A stretch of 64,000 nt of DNA from Mobula hypostoma (lineage: Eukaryota). How positions within the stretch are numbered: the first letter of the stretch is position 1; every line of letters begins with the position of its first letter. The notes beneath the pieces were generated by a model that saw only the letters and a program-made list of their open reading frames with translations, was not told the origin of the DNA and searched no databases. Position numbers and translations under genes: made by a program. The stretch is from NCBI RefSeq assembly GCF_963921235.1, contig NC_086097.1, positions 16,926,001-16,990,000 of the forward strand, in the 5' to 3' direction. Of the stretch, positions 23,098 to 35,634 are shown in pieces.

Positions 23098-24900
23098 TTG
23101 TGCGGAGCTCATCGACTTCATCCCCATCTGGAGCTCATCAACCATCCCCGTGTGGAACTTATCGACTTCACCCTCATGCGGAGCTTGTCGACTTCATCCC
23201 GGTACGGAGCTCATCAACCATCCCCATGTGGAACTTGTCGACTTCATCCTGGTACGGAGCTCATCAACCATCCCCATGTGGAACTTGTCGACTTCATCCC
23301 AGTACGGAGCTCATCAACCATCCCCGTGTGGAACTTGTCGACTTCATCCCCATGTGGAACTTGTCGACTTCATCCCAGTACGGAGCTCATCAATCATCCC
23401 CGTGTGGAACTTGTCGACTTCATCCCAGTACGGAGCTCATCAATCATCCCCGTGTGGAACTTGTCGACTTCATCCCAGTACGGAGCTCATCAACCATCCC
23501 CGTGTGGAACTTGTCGACTTCATCCCCGTGTGGAACTTGTTGACTTCACCCTCATGCGGAGCTTGTCGACTTCATCCCCGTATGGAGTTCGTCAACTTCA
23601 TCCTTGTGTGGAACTTGTCGAATTCATCCCCGTGTGGAACTTGTCGAATTCATCCCCGTACGGAACTTGTCGAATTCATCCCCGTACGGAACTTATCGAC
23701 TTCATCCCCGTACGGAGCTTGTTGACTTCATCCCTGTGTGGAAATTGTCGACTTCACCCCCATATGGAACTTGTCGACTTGTGTGGAACTTGTCGACTTC
23801 ACCCTCATGTGGAACTTGTCGACTTCACCCTCATGCGGAGCTTGTCGACTTCATCCCCGTATGGAGTTCGTCAACTTCATCCTTGTGTGGAACTTGTTGA
23901 CTTCATCCCTGTATGGAGCTCGTCGACGTCATCCCTGTGTGGAACTTGTCGACTTCACCCTCACACAGAGCTGGTTAACTTCATTCCTGTGTGGAACTTG
24001 TCGACTTAATCCCCGTGTGGAACTTGTCGACTTCATCCCCGTATGGAGCTCGTCGACTTGTTGACTTCATCCCTGTGTGGAGCTCGTCGACGTCATCCCT
24101 GTGTGGAATTTGTTGACTTCATCCCCGTATGGAGCTCATCGACGTCATCCCTGTGTGGAACTTGTCGACTTCACCCTCACACAGAGCTGGTTAACTTCAT
24201 TCCTGTGTGGAACTTGTCGACTTAATCCCTGTGTGGAACTTGTCGACTTCATCCCCGTATGGAGCTCGTCGACTTGTTGACTTCATCCCCGTATGGAGCT
24301 CGTCGACTTCATCCCTGTGTGGAACTTGTCGACTTCATCCCCGTATGGAACTTGTCGACTTCATCCCCGTGTGGAACTTGTCGACTTCATCCCCGTATGG
24401 AGCTCGTCGACTTCATCCCTGTGTGGAACTTGTCGACTTCATCCCCGTATGGAACTTGTCGACTTGTGTGGAACTTGTTGACTTCACCCCCACGTGGAAC
24501 TCGTCGACTTCATCCCTGTATGGAGCTCGTCGACTTCATCCCTGCGTGGAACTTGTCGACTTCATCCTCTTGTGGAACTTGTCGACTTCATCCCCGTACC
24601 GAGCTCGTCGACTTCATCCCCATGTGGAACTTGTCGACTTCACCCCCGTGTGAGGCTTGTCAACTTCATCCCTGTATGGAGCTCGTCGACTTCATCCCCG
24701 GACGGAACTTGACGACTTCATCCCCGTACGGAACTTGACGACTTCATCCCCGTGTGGAACTTGTCAACTTCACCCTCATGCAGAGCTCATCAGCTTCATC
24801 CTCGTGTGGGCTCATTGTCTTCACCCCCATGAGGGGCTTGTTGAGATCAGCCCCGTACGGAGCTCGTTGACTTCATCCCAGCGTGGTGCTCGTCCACTTC
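23098..24900 (+). repeat. Minisatellite, 26-bp unit (GTGGAACTTGTCGACTTCATCCCCGT) with a 24-bp variant
   Basis: Directly visible tandem array of roughly 70 units, with a 50-bp higher-order period at 23201/23251/23301. Confidence 0.97.
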
Positions 24901-26260
24901 ACACCTGCGCAGACTTCATCAACTTCGTCAACTTTGCCTCCAACTTCCAACCTGCCCTCAAGTTTACCTGGTCAATTTCTGACACCTCCCTCCCCTTTCT
25001 CGATCTTTCTGTCCCTGGAGGCAGCTTATCTACTGATGTCTATTATAAACCCACAGACTCTCACAGCTACCTGGACTATTCCTCTTCCCACACTGTTACT
25101 TGCAAAACTGCCACCAGCTTCTCTCAGTTCCTCAGTCTCCACCACATCTGCTGTCAGGATGAGGCTTTTCATTCTGGAATGAAGGAGATGTCCTCCTTTT
25201 TCAAAGAAAGGGGCTTCCCTTCTTCTACCATCAGCTCTGCCCTCAACCACATCTCTTCAATTTCATGCATGTCTGCTCTTACCCTATCCCCCTGCCATCC
25301 TACCAGGGTTCCTCTTGTCCTCACTTAATCCAGCACATAATTCTTCAGAACTCCTACCATCTCCAACAGGATCCCACCACCAAGTACATCTTTCCCTCCA
25401 CTGCACTTTCTGTTTTCCGCGGGCGATCGCTCTCTATGCGACTCCCTTGTCCATTTATTTCTCCCCACTGATCTCTCTCCTGGCACTTTTCCTTGCAAGC
25501 AGAACAAGTGCTACACCTGCCCCTACACCTCCTCCCCACTACCATTCAGGGCCCCAAACAGTCCATCCAGGTGAGACAACACTTCACCTGTGGGTCTGTT
25601 GGGGTCATTACTGTATTCAGTGCTCCCAGTGCAGCCTCCTTTATATTGGTGAGACCTAACAAAGGCTGGGAGGCCGTTTCACAGAGCACCTACACTCCGT
25701 CCACCAGAAGAAGCGGGACTCACAATGGCCACTCATTTTAATTCCGCTTCCCATTCCCATTCCAATATATCAATCCATGGCCTCCTCTACAGTCATGATG
25801 AGGCCACACTCAGGCTGGATGAACAACACCTTATATTCTGCCTCCAACCTGATGGCACGAACATCGATTTGTGGAACTATCAGTGAACTTCCTCGTCTGC
25901 CCATCACCTCCCTTTGGTGCTCCCCCTCCCCCCCGCTTGACTTTTGTCTGTGGCCTTCTGTCTTCTCCCATTGGACTCCCCCTTCTCCAGCCCTGTATCT
26001 CTGTCACCAATCAACTTCCCAGCTCTTCTTTCAACCCTCCCCCTCCGAGTTTCGCCTATCACCTTGCGCTTTCCTCTCTCCCCTCCCTCCACCTTTAAAA
26101 CCTACTCCTCATCTTTTTCTCTAGCCCTGATGAAGGGTCTTGCTCAAAATGTCAGACTGTGCTCTTTTCCATAAATGCTGCCTGGTCTGCTGAGTACCTC
26201 CAGAATTTTGTGTGTGTTGCTTGAATTTCCAGTATCTGCAGATTTTCACTTGTTGTGATT
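24880..26260 (+). mobile_element. Penelope-like element, 5'-truncated (RT C-terminus + GIY-YIG endonuclease + terminal repeat)
   Basis: NFASNFQPALKFTWSISDTSLPFLDLSV…TDVYYKPTDSHSYLDYSSSH (PLE RT thumb) and HFTCGSVGV/YCIQCSQCSLLYIGET (GIY-YIG). Pyrimidine-rich 3' region with a CTGATGA core at 26127. Confidence 0.93.
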
Positions 26261-26599
26261 GGTTTTCCTCACTATTATTGCAGTCTTTTTGCAGTACTAT
26301 TTAATTTAGATTCATCTATCTATCTATCTGTCTATCTATATATATATGTGTGTGTCCCATTATAAGTGATAGTATGTTTATGTACTGCCCTGTAACGCTG
26401 CTACAGCTGCTGCCGGAAGCTCTGGGGGGTGGCACGGTAACTGTGTTTAGCGTAACACTGCAACTCAGGTTCAATTCCAGCCACTATCTGTAACCAGTTC
26501 ATCGTACCTGACCAAACAAATAATAAAAAATAAACAAAAAAATCAACAGATTTCATGACTTGTGCCAGAGATTATAAGCCTGATTCTAATGTCCTCTCC

Positions 26600-26790
26600 T
26601 ATCATATTCCTTCTTGCCCCCTTACCCTACTGCTTACCTTCCCCACCCCACCCCATTTTCTTACTCTGTTTTCTGTTCCCTCCCTTTCCAGTTTCGATGA
26701 GTAGTCTTGGCTGAAACATTAATTGTTTATTCCCCTCCAGAGCTGCTACCTGGCTCCCTGGGTCCCCTCAGCATTTTGAGTGTGTTGCTG
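26600..26790 (+). mobile_element. Old Penelope-like terminal fragment
   Basis: Pyrimidine-rich run followed by CCAGTTTCGATGAGTAGTCTTGGCTGAAACATT…GCTGCTACCTGGC…CAGCATTTTGAGTGTGTTGCT. Confidence 0.55.
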
Positions 26791-28683
26791 ATTGAAGAAT
26801 TGAATTCGGAATTGGCCATAACCACCCTGACACCAGTGTCATTCTTTAAGGTAGAAATCAAGCCTCTCTTTCTGGGTTCACACTTCATTCTAGCTGTCAT
26901 GCTACCAATATATTCCATATTGTTCACCTTGGAGGCCAGTCCTTGGTTCCTATCTGCCCCCAAAACTGTAAGAATTCACACCATAAGGAGACTTCCGTAC
27001 CCTGGCTGCTATTTTTGCTGTCCGTCACTTTATAAGAGGTGGATGGAAGTTCTGCTCCTTAACGAGGCAGTGCGGAAGCAAGCAGGGAAATGAGGCAAAC
27101 TTCTCCACCTCAGTTGGCAGAACCAACTGAGAAAGGTTAACTTCCATGAAAGAAGTGGCTATACATTACAATGACATGGTGCAAAGCGAGGATGTGTTAA
27201 CAAAGGGATAGAGAGAAGATTAGAACCCCTCCTAGTGACACTGAGATTCTGGGGTAGGGGCTAGAATTTCCACAAGGTGTCCATTCCTTCAGCTTGCAGT
27301 TCTGAGCTTCCCTTTAGTGTTGTGTTGATACTCCCATTTTGTGCCTCAGATCTGAAAACAAACTGCCAAAAGCGAGTAATGGGTGGAAACCTGCAAAATT
27401 TATTGCTGTCGGATTAGCATAAGAAAATTAGCCAAGTGTGATCTTTCCTTATCCAAATTTATGCTTGTTTTTCTCCCCCCTTTCGCCCAAAAGAAAAGGG
27501 CAACTTCTGCTGAACTTTGGAAGATTTCTCACGAACACAGAAAACGGATTAACATCACCACTGTTTTTGTGGAAACATATGTAGATACTGATCGCTGTGA
27601 GTGTGTGGGGGATGCAGAGAGAAGGGAGCATGTTCGTACATTTGATAATGACGAAGCCCAGTTCAGCCAGACCCTAATCCTCCCTTAGCCTGTCAGACAT
27701 GTGCCCTCCCCCTTGAACGATTCAAGTTCTCCACCATTCTGCTGAGTGCCTACATTCTGCCAAATCTCCCTGTCTCTCTTTGAATTAGTGCTGAACCACA
27801 AGACCAAACCTCTCATTCCATTCCACCTTAGAAATTGCCAAGCGCTAACAGTCCGGCTAGTCCACTGCAGCTAAATCCCAGGACAAATATGGAATGTACA
27901 TCTGGCAGGTTCAACCGTAAGAGGGTGTGGGGGTGTTTTTGTTTGTCTGGGCCAGATTACTGGTTGGGAGATGAAGATAAAAAAAAAGGCTGTTCCTGCA
28001 GTACTGGGTGTAGCAGTCCAACATGCCTATTCAACATGTTCTATTTACATACCCTTCCAGTGGACTCTGGGCTTCTTGAGTTCTTGTCCACTGATTTTGT
28101 AATTTACTGCCAGCATTGCTAACACACACCTGCAAGATATTTTAAGAGCTGCCTTGATTTCTGATTAATGCTCCAGGGGTCACCCGCTGAGTTCAGTAAA
28201 CTACCTTGTGTTTCATTTGGTTTCTTGGCAGTCTGATCCTATTATAACTAAATGTTAGTTTAAAAAACAGGGATTTCATTTCAACGTAACAGATCTAAAA
28301 CTCAGAGCAATTTGAGACAATTAAAAAAAAATAACAATCAACAAACCAGAATTGCCCCGTATCATAATTTACTTATTTAAACCTCGGAAAGGATTTTGCT
28401 GCAGAATGTTTAAAATGGAACATTTTTACTTCATTCTTTATTTATGCTAAAGAGCCATTATACTCAGTGAATGCACTTAACTTCCATCTTAAGGTCAGGG
28501 TGGTTAAAAGCTTTATTATATACAAGGAACTTCCTTGCTTCTGATGTGATTCCCCTATAATGGACACCCTCAGGATATTCCGGAATATACTACAATAGCC
28601 CAGACAAATTAAACATCGAAGGAAAAAAAAACTACAGTCCGTCTCATGACCTCAAAATATCTGTAAGTCTCCTAGAGTCAATG

Positions 28684-29250
28684 AAGTGTATAAGACATTG
28701 GTGAGGCCTAACTTGGAGTATTGTGTGCCGTTTTGAACATCTACATACACAAAAGATGTAAACAAGTTTGAAGAGTACAGAGAAAAATTACAAGGATGTT
28801 GCTGGGACTGGAGGACCTGAGTTTTAAGGAAAAATTGAATAGGTTAGGACTTTATTCCTTAGAACATAGAATATTGAGAGGAGATTTGATAGAGGTATAC
28901 AAAATGATGAAGAGTAGAGATTGGGTAAGTGCAAGCAGGCTTTTTCCACAGAGGTTGGGTGGGACTACAACCAGAGGTCATGGGTTAAGGGTGAAAGGTG
29001 AAACGTTTAAGACGAACATGAGGGGAAACTTCTTCACTCAGGGGGCCATGAAAGTGTGGAATGAGCTGCCAGCACAAGTGGTGCATGTGAGCTTGATTTC
29101 AATATTTAAGCAAAATTTGAATAGGTACATGAATGCTAGGTGTATGGAAGGCTATGGTCCCTGTGTAGGTCAATTTGTAGGCTATTTAAGTGGCTTCAGC
29201 TGGGCCAAAGAACCTGTTTCTGTGCTCTAAATTTCTATGACTATGACTCT
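28684..29250 (+). mobile_element. CR1 LINE 3' fragment
   Basis: YKTLVRPNLEYCV, and ORF 28796-29230 (LGLYSLEHRILRGDLIEVYK…TRGHGL…FFTQ..KVWNELP). Confidence 0.9.
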
Positions 29251-29624
29251 AAATAGTTCTGAAGCGTAGTTGCTCTCTCAGAGCAGAACAACCAATTTGT
29301 ATGTAGCAATCTCTCAGGATAATAATGTGATGTAAACAGAATTTTCTTTATTGTGAAGTTGATAGAGATAAATATTTTCTTTTTCATCTAGTCCAACTCT
29401 TCTTCAAGACAAGTTCCCTTCCAGCCATTTGACAGAGTGGTTAAGGCCTTAGCTTTCCACCTCATCCAGTAGACCATAGTGCCGCAGTTGGTTTAAGCAA
29501 CTTGGGTTCAATCCTGACCTCAGATGCTGTCTGGGTGGAGTTTACATATTCTCTCTATGAACGTGGAACCCCTCTGGGTGCTCCAGCTTTCTCTCACATC
29601 CTAATGATGTGCAGATTGGTAGAC

Positions 29625-29935
29625 TCCAATGCATAAAATCAAGAATGGTCAGGATGGGAAACAATTTCTTCCCTTGGGCCATTAGACTTCTGAACTCCCT
29701 GTCTCATCGCTTTCGAAGAGTCACCGGTTAATCTGTTCTGTACCTTACAATATTTAATTTATGTACTTTGCTTATTTACGTGGACTTCATCTGCAGATTT
29801 TATCTTTACTTTCCAAAGTTATTGTGTGTTATGTTTACGACTGTGCTTTTCACCCTGGTCCGGAGAAACTTTGTCTCATTTGATGGTATACACGTACATA
29901 GTTAAATGACAATAAACTTGACTTGACTTGATTGA
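29625..29935 (+). mobile_element. Rex-type 3' fragment nested in a SINE (SINE ~29490-29622 and ~29940-30110)
   Basis: GGAAACAATTTCTTCCC…GCCATTAGACTTCTGAAC, with a tail AATAAAC(TTGAC)n. SINE B box GGTTCAATCC at ~29505. Confidence 0.55.
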
Positions 29936-30244
29936 CTTAACTGATTGATGTGAATTACCCCCAGAGTGGTAGAATTTTTTTTGGGGGGGGTGGTATTGCT
30001 GAGAATCTGGAGAGGATGACAAATGGATTTACAATAGGATTGGTATAAATAGTTGGTTTAGGGGCAGCACAGACTCTATAGGACAGAGGACTTATGCTGT
30101 TCTGTAAATTTCCAGCGTCAAAATGAGTTTTGTGTTCAAGTACATGGAGTGGTATATGATCCCAGATACAGCTGACTCAACCCTGCATTCATGAAATCCA
30201 TACAAGAATTTGATGTTAACTATTGTTTAATCGTTTGTTCGTTA

Positions 30245-30745
30245 TTTGCTGTGTTGTATGACGTGGGTGATCATGGTCTTTCCATGACCATGATTGTTCT
30301 TGGCAAATTTTTCGACAGAAGTGGTTTGCCTCTTTTTATTGCTAAAGATTCTTGCTGTGTTGGGTTCATTTGTTTGTCATGTGCCATGTTGTATGACGTG
30401 TGTGATCATGGTCTTTCCATGACTATGATAGCTCTTGGCAAATTTTTCCACAGAAGTGGTTTGCCATTGCCTTCTTCTGGGCAGTGTCTTTACAAGACGG
30501 GTGACCCCAGCCATTATCAATACTCTGCCTGGCATCAGTGGTCGCATAACCAGGACTTGTGATATGCACCAGCAGCTCATACAACCATCCAACACCTGCT
30601 TCCATGGCTTCACATGACCCTGATCGAGGGGGGGAGGGGTTGCTAGGCAGGTGCTACATCTTGTCCAAGGGTGACCTGCAGGCTAGCGGAGGGAAGGAGC
30701 ACCTTACACCTCCTTTGGTAGAGATGTATCTCTACCCCACCACCC
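30245..30745 (-). mobile_element. Short non-autonomous interspersed element (RTE-associated SINE-like) with duplicated end
   Basis: Reverse-complement homologue of 49470-49830. The segment 30253-30330 is repeated at 30386-30465. Confidence 0.7.
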
Positions 30746-32482
30746 CGATTTATTTAATATGATAACAGTTTATATATACACAAGTGTTCACTAAATATGG
30801 AAAGTCATCATGATACATTCTTTACAACAGAAGAAAACATTAGAATATGAAAAACAATTGGGTTGAGGCGTGCAGAATTGAAGGATATATGGAAAGATTT
30901 TAAAGAGCGGGATAAGGTGAGCTGGAAGGAGAAGGCAAGAGGTTACAAGGGTCGAGCAAATTCTGATGTTGATGGGTTAGATAGGCGTTGGAGGGACACG
31001 AAGAGAGAAGGGTAACATGAGATCATAGAGGAAATGAAAAACGCTGTTTAACTTTTTAAAATTAATTCAGAGACTGCAGGATTTGTTAGCAAGACATTTA
31101 TTGCCCATCCCAAATCCACAGTAAGAAGTTGGGGATCAGTTACCTTCTTCAGCAGCTCCAGTCCTTCTGGTGAGGGTATTGGGCTTTAAACTCCTGATGA
31201 TGAAGGAACAGTGGTGCATTTTTAAGCCAGGATGGTGCGTGACCTGAAAGTGGACCCCACTGCTGGTGGTGTTCCCACGTAGTCGCAGATTTGTGAGGAG
31301 CTGTTGGAGTAGCCCAGTTGTGAAATGCCAGTGTTTTCCCATAGGTGATTTCCACCACAGCCCCGTGCGCTGGTGGTTGGGATGGGGGGGGGGGGCGTGG
31401 AAAAGATGTAGTGCTAATCAAGCAGGCTGTTTAGTCCTGGATAACGTTGAACTTCTTGACAGCTGTTGGAGCTGCACTCATTCAAGCAAGTGGAAATTAT
31501 TCCACCATGCTGCTGACCTGTGCTTTGTAGGGGTTTGAATAAGGACGTGAATGGGAGGGGAATGGTGGATGCAGGTCGATGAGATTAGGTAGAGGATTAG
31601 ATGGGCTGAAGAGCCTGCTTCTGCGCTCTAGTGCTCCAAGTGAGCTGATCACTGACCCATTTGTCTATCCACTGCGGGAGGTCCGGTTGAGTTCCTGGTC
31701 AATGGTGATGCCCAGAATGTTAAAGGTGATGTTACTGCCATTGATTGTCAAAGATAGATGTTGTTGATGGGTGTTGTCCAGCATTTATTCTGTTGTATGA
31801 ATACAACTTGCCAACACTCTGTAGGCTGTATTATTTCTTCAGCAGCCCATTTGTAATTGCAAAAAAGACCATGACCTCAGTCTTATTTGTACTGGAAACA
31901 AAGATGTCCAGATTACTTGATTTTATGTTATTTTCTGATAGTTTGGGAGTTCTAAATATATATTCAATATTGGTTTATGCCAGCTCTAGAATACTTGATT
32001 CAGAAGACGCCCTCATTACGTGGCAGCCTCTGTGTGGAGATGTGTTGTATGTTGCAGTACTATGTGAAACATCTGTCTTGACATGGGGCTCCTTTATTGT
32101 TTCCATCCATCCTGTGCTCTGTGTAGAATGCAACATCTTGTTTGTATTCTGGGGTTTCCTCTACTCTCTGTCAGTTCCGCTCCGGAGATGAACAGCCATA
32201 AATGCAAATGCTCTCCAGTATCAGGGGCTGAGAACCGATTAACCGAAAGTGTGAATGTTGCTGGAAGGAATTTGTTTCCTGAAGGGTTACACACCAGGCT
32301 GGGGTTTCCACCAGAACTCTGCTAAATCTGCAGAAGGAATTCACAGCATGTTGCTTACGTTGCTGTTCTGCATTAGTGAGGAGTATACATAGGAGCTGAA
32401 CAGCAGAGGCACATCCCCTCACAATAAGCATCCAACTCCTGAAGGATGAATAGGTACACACTGTATGTATATCCAAAGTAGC

Positions 32483-32970
32483 AGACACAGAATGCTGAAG
32501 GAACTCAGTAGGACAGGCAGCATCTATGGAAATGAATAAAGAGTTGACATTTCAGGCCGAGACCCTTCATCAGGACTGGAAAGGAGGAGGAAAGAAGCCA
32601 GAGTAAGAAGGTGGGGGAGGGGACAGAGCACAAGCTAGAAGGTGATAGGAGGTGGGAGGAGGTGGATGATGTAGGAAGCCTGGAGATGATTGGTGGAAAA
32701 AGTAAAGGGCTGAAGAAGAAGGAATCTGATAGGAGAGGAGAGTGGACCTTGAGGGAAAGGAAGGAGGAGGGAACCTGGGGGAGGTGATAGGCAGGTGAGG
32801 AGACGAGAAGAGGTAAGAAGGGAGCTAGAATGGTGGGTTGGTGAAGAAGAGGGAAGGGAGAGGGTGAGAAATTGCCAGAAGATGGAGAACTTGGTGTTCA
32901 TGCCATTAGGCTGGAGGCTGCCTAGACAGAAAAAGAGGTGTTGCTCCTCCAACCTGAGAGTGGTTTTGCA
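32483..32970 (-). mobile_element. Penelope-like element 3' fragment
   Basis: ORF 32635-33021 includes LRLEEQHLFFCLGSLQPNGMN (PLE C-terminus, cf. 25805-25865) and a terminal repeat with CTGATGA…GAAA at 32541-32579. Confidence 0.88.
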
Positions 32971-33074
32971 GCTTCTGCCGAATCTCTTGTGTGCATGCCC
33001 AACATGTCCTTCCAAAAGCAATCAAATCCTGCAGACAGCTCAAGCATCAGGCTCATAGTCAACATACTATGTGA

Positions 33075-33442
33075 TAAGATACCTAAATAGAGAGGGCAGC
33101 CTCTATCCCAGGGTGGAAATGGCTAATACTGAAGGGCATGATTTTATGGTGATTGAAGGAAAGTTTGGTGGCGGGGTGGGGGGGTGGGGGAGGATGTCAG
33201 AAGTTGAACTTTTTTTACACGGAGAATGGTTGGTGTGTGGAACACCTGCCAGGGGTGATGGAAGACACAGATACATTAGAGATTTTTAAGAGATAGGCTC
33301 AGGGATGAAAGAAAAATGGGGGCCTATCTGGGAGAGAAGGATTAGATTTGTCTTAGAATAGGTTAAAGGGTTGACACAACATTGTGGGCTGAATGGCCTG
33401 CAACATGCTGCACTGTTCTATGTCCCACTTTCTATGTTCTAC
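33075..33442 (+). mobile_element. CR1 3' end (decayed)
   Basis: Homologous to 47100-47418 (CACAACATTGTGGGCTGAA.GG.CTG; TTCTATGT tail). Confidence 0.75.
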
Positions 33443-33919
33443 ATTCAAGTTCCCAGCAAATACCCCAGGATGGAGGATTGTTAGCCAAAACCAGGCAAAT
33501 TCTGACGTGTAACATTTGTTGCCCATGCAATACTGAGTTTGGAACCCTTTAAGGGTTGTGATTGCTCTCTGTATATAAAATGTTTAAGGAGAAGTTTTTT
33601 GCCCTGTGTCGAGGCTGCTTGTTTATCTCTGTTCACGAAGCAATGAAAGGATTAAAAGTTTCTTTTAACATATAAAGCACTTTTCATATTTTAAGTTGCC
33701 AGCTATCCTTCAGTAGCTTGGATAGTGATACTGATACATTATGTCAGAAGTGCTGGTTAATGGAAATTATGACATTTAGACACCGTACCTGGAAATTAAG
33801 ACCAAATGTGAATGTGTACTGAGAGACAGAGAGCTGTGTGATTCAAATCAGATAGGACACATAAATGTATCTGAAACAGAAGCATATGTTGGACACTTGG
33901 CCTTGGCATCCTGCTCCAT

Positions 33920-34620
33920 CACTTCATATCCAAAAGCCTATCAAAGTCTACATTTAGTGACTGAGTCTTTGTGGCTCTCTTGGGTAAAAAAAATCCAAAA
34001 GTTCAGGACCTGTGAGAGGAAAAACAAATTCTTCAGATCTCAGTTCTGAGTGGCCAGCCCTTACTTTGAGACTGTGACCCTTGGTTTCGGACATCACATC
34101 TATGGAATCATTAACCCCACACCTACTGACAAGCCTTGTAAAACATCTTTGCTTCACCTTTCAGTTTCTAAATTCAAGACAGCACAGCCCTGGTAGGCTT
34201 AATCTTTCTTCATACGATATTTGCTCCTTATCAAAAGTCAATCTAGTGAAGGTTTAGGTTACTCTCTCTATTGCAAGTATATCCTTTCTTAGGAAGGGAC
34301 AGCAGGTTTGCTACACCATATTCCAGAGGTGATATGGCAGGATGTTATATAAGTGTAGTAAGATGTCATAGAATCACAGAGTCATAAAGTGTGGAAAAAG
34401 GCCTCTTGGCCCAATTTATTTATGCTGACCAAGTTTTCTTTACCCTTGCAATAAAAGCTAACATACTATAATTTACCTTCCAGATTGTTTATTATATCTA
34501 CACGTTAACTTTCAATAATCTATCTAAAAGAGGACTGAGTGTTCTCATAATTGAAAAATTCATGTAATAGGATACCATGTCCCTCTGAATACTGAAATGT
34601 ATCAGTGTCGCCAGTTTAAA
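33920..34620 (-). mobile_element. Old CR1 fragment(s)
   Basis: ETKGHSLKVR motif in ORF 33954-34157, with patchy similarity to 6150-6700. Confidence 0.55.
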
Positions 34621-34719
34621 ATATTCAAAATGGTTAACCCCAAGTTTTTCAATCTGCCCATTCGCTCAACCTATCCATATCCCTTCCCCCCCAATCCATT
34701 CTCATCTCAATCCATAAAA

Positions 34720-35100
34720 ACTTAGAGCGATGTACGGCCCAGTGTTTGGGTGATTTAAACGCTGGGCTGGATGGATTGAAAAGGCAGGTTGGTGGAACCA
34801 GAGGGGAGGGTCAGGTCGGTTCTGTTTGATGCTCTGTGACATTTGCTCCAACTGAGGCTGAGTCTGTGGGCGTGCCCCAGCTGCTCTGGGCTTCATGTCT
34901 ATGTTCGTTCTGAATGCTGTTGCTTGCTTTTATTGTTTGCATAGTTAGCATTTTTCTCTCTGTCTGTGCATTGGATGTTGATCTTTATTTACTGGGTTCT
35001 TTCCGGTTTCTTGTTTTGTGGCTGCCTGTAAGGAGACTAATCTCAATGTTGTATAATTTATACATAATTTGATAATTAATGTACTTAGAACTCTGAACTA
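34720..35100 (+). mobile_element. Non-autonomous interspersed repeat (probably Rex-mobilised)
   Basis: The 3' part (TTTCTTGTTTTGTGGCTGCCTGTAAGGAGACTAATCTCAATGTTGTATA) is shared with 54975-55055. Confidence 0.55.
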
Positions 35101-35634
35101 CTATTTTGTATCATCAGCAAACCGTGGTCTCAATGTCTGGATCAATGACATAGAGTTTGAAAGTTGTAGCCCACAGCATCAACCCTGCCAATCAGAGCTT
35201 CCTAACCTGAACAATGGCCCATTTATTCTTAGTGTGCTTTATGTCCAACCACCAATGCTCAAGTTACGTCAGTGTGTTATCCAGTATCATATGCTGTAGT
35301 TTTGTTTAATGGCCTCTTGTGTGGTTCTTTATCATAGAACCCTTGCAGGTCTATATACATTGTAGTTACTAGTTCCCCTTAACACTCTGCTAATTACCAC
35401 CTCAAATATCTCTAAGTCAATATTGACTCAGCTCACTCCAGTTGTTAATTTCTAAATGTACTGTTGCCATGTATTTAATACACTGTTAAAATGACCAACA
35501 GAGGACGTTGTGTGTGCAGATTTTTGAGGTTATTGGATGCTATTCTGATTAACATACTCTACTCCAATTAACTCACATTTATGGATGTTACACAGTAGTA
35601 TAATTAATGTCCCAGTGCATCGGGTAGCTTTAAG

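Noticed and set aside
23098..24900. CRISPR-like array or repeat-protein ORFs (ELVDFIPVWNLSTSSPCGTCRLHP)
   Set aside because: Units are head-to-tail with no unique spacers and no cas genes. The 26-bp unit is not a multiple of three and has few stops, so the same peptides cycle through all plus frames.
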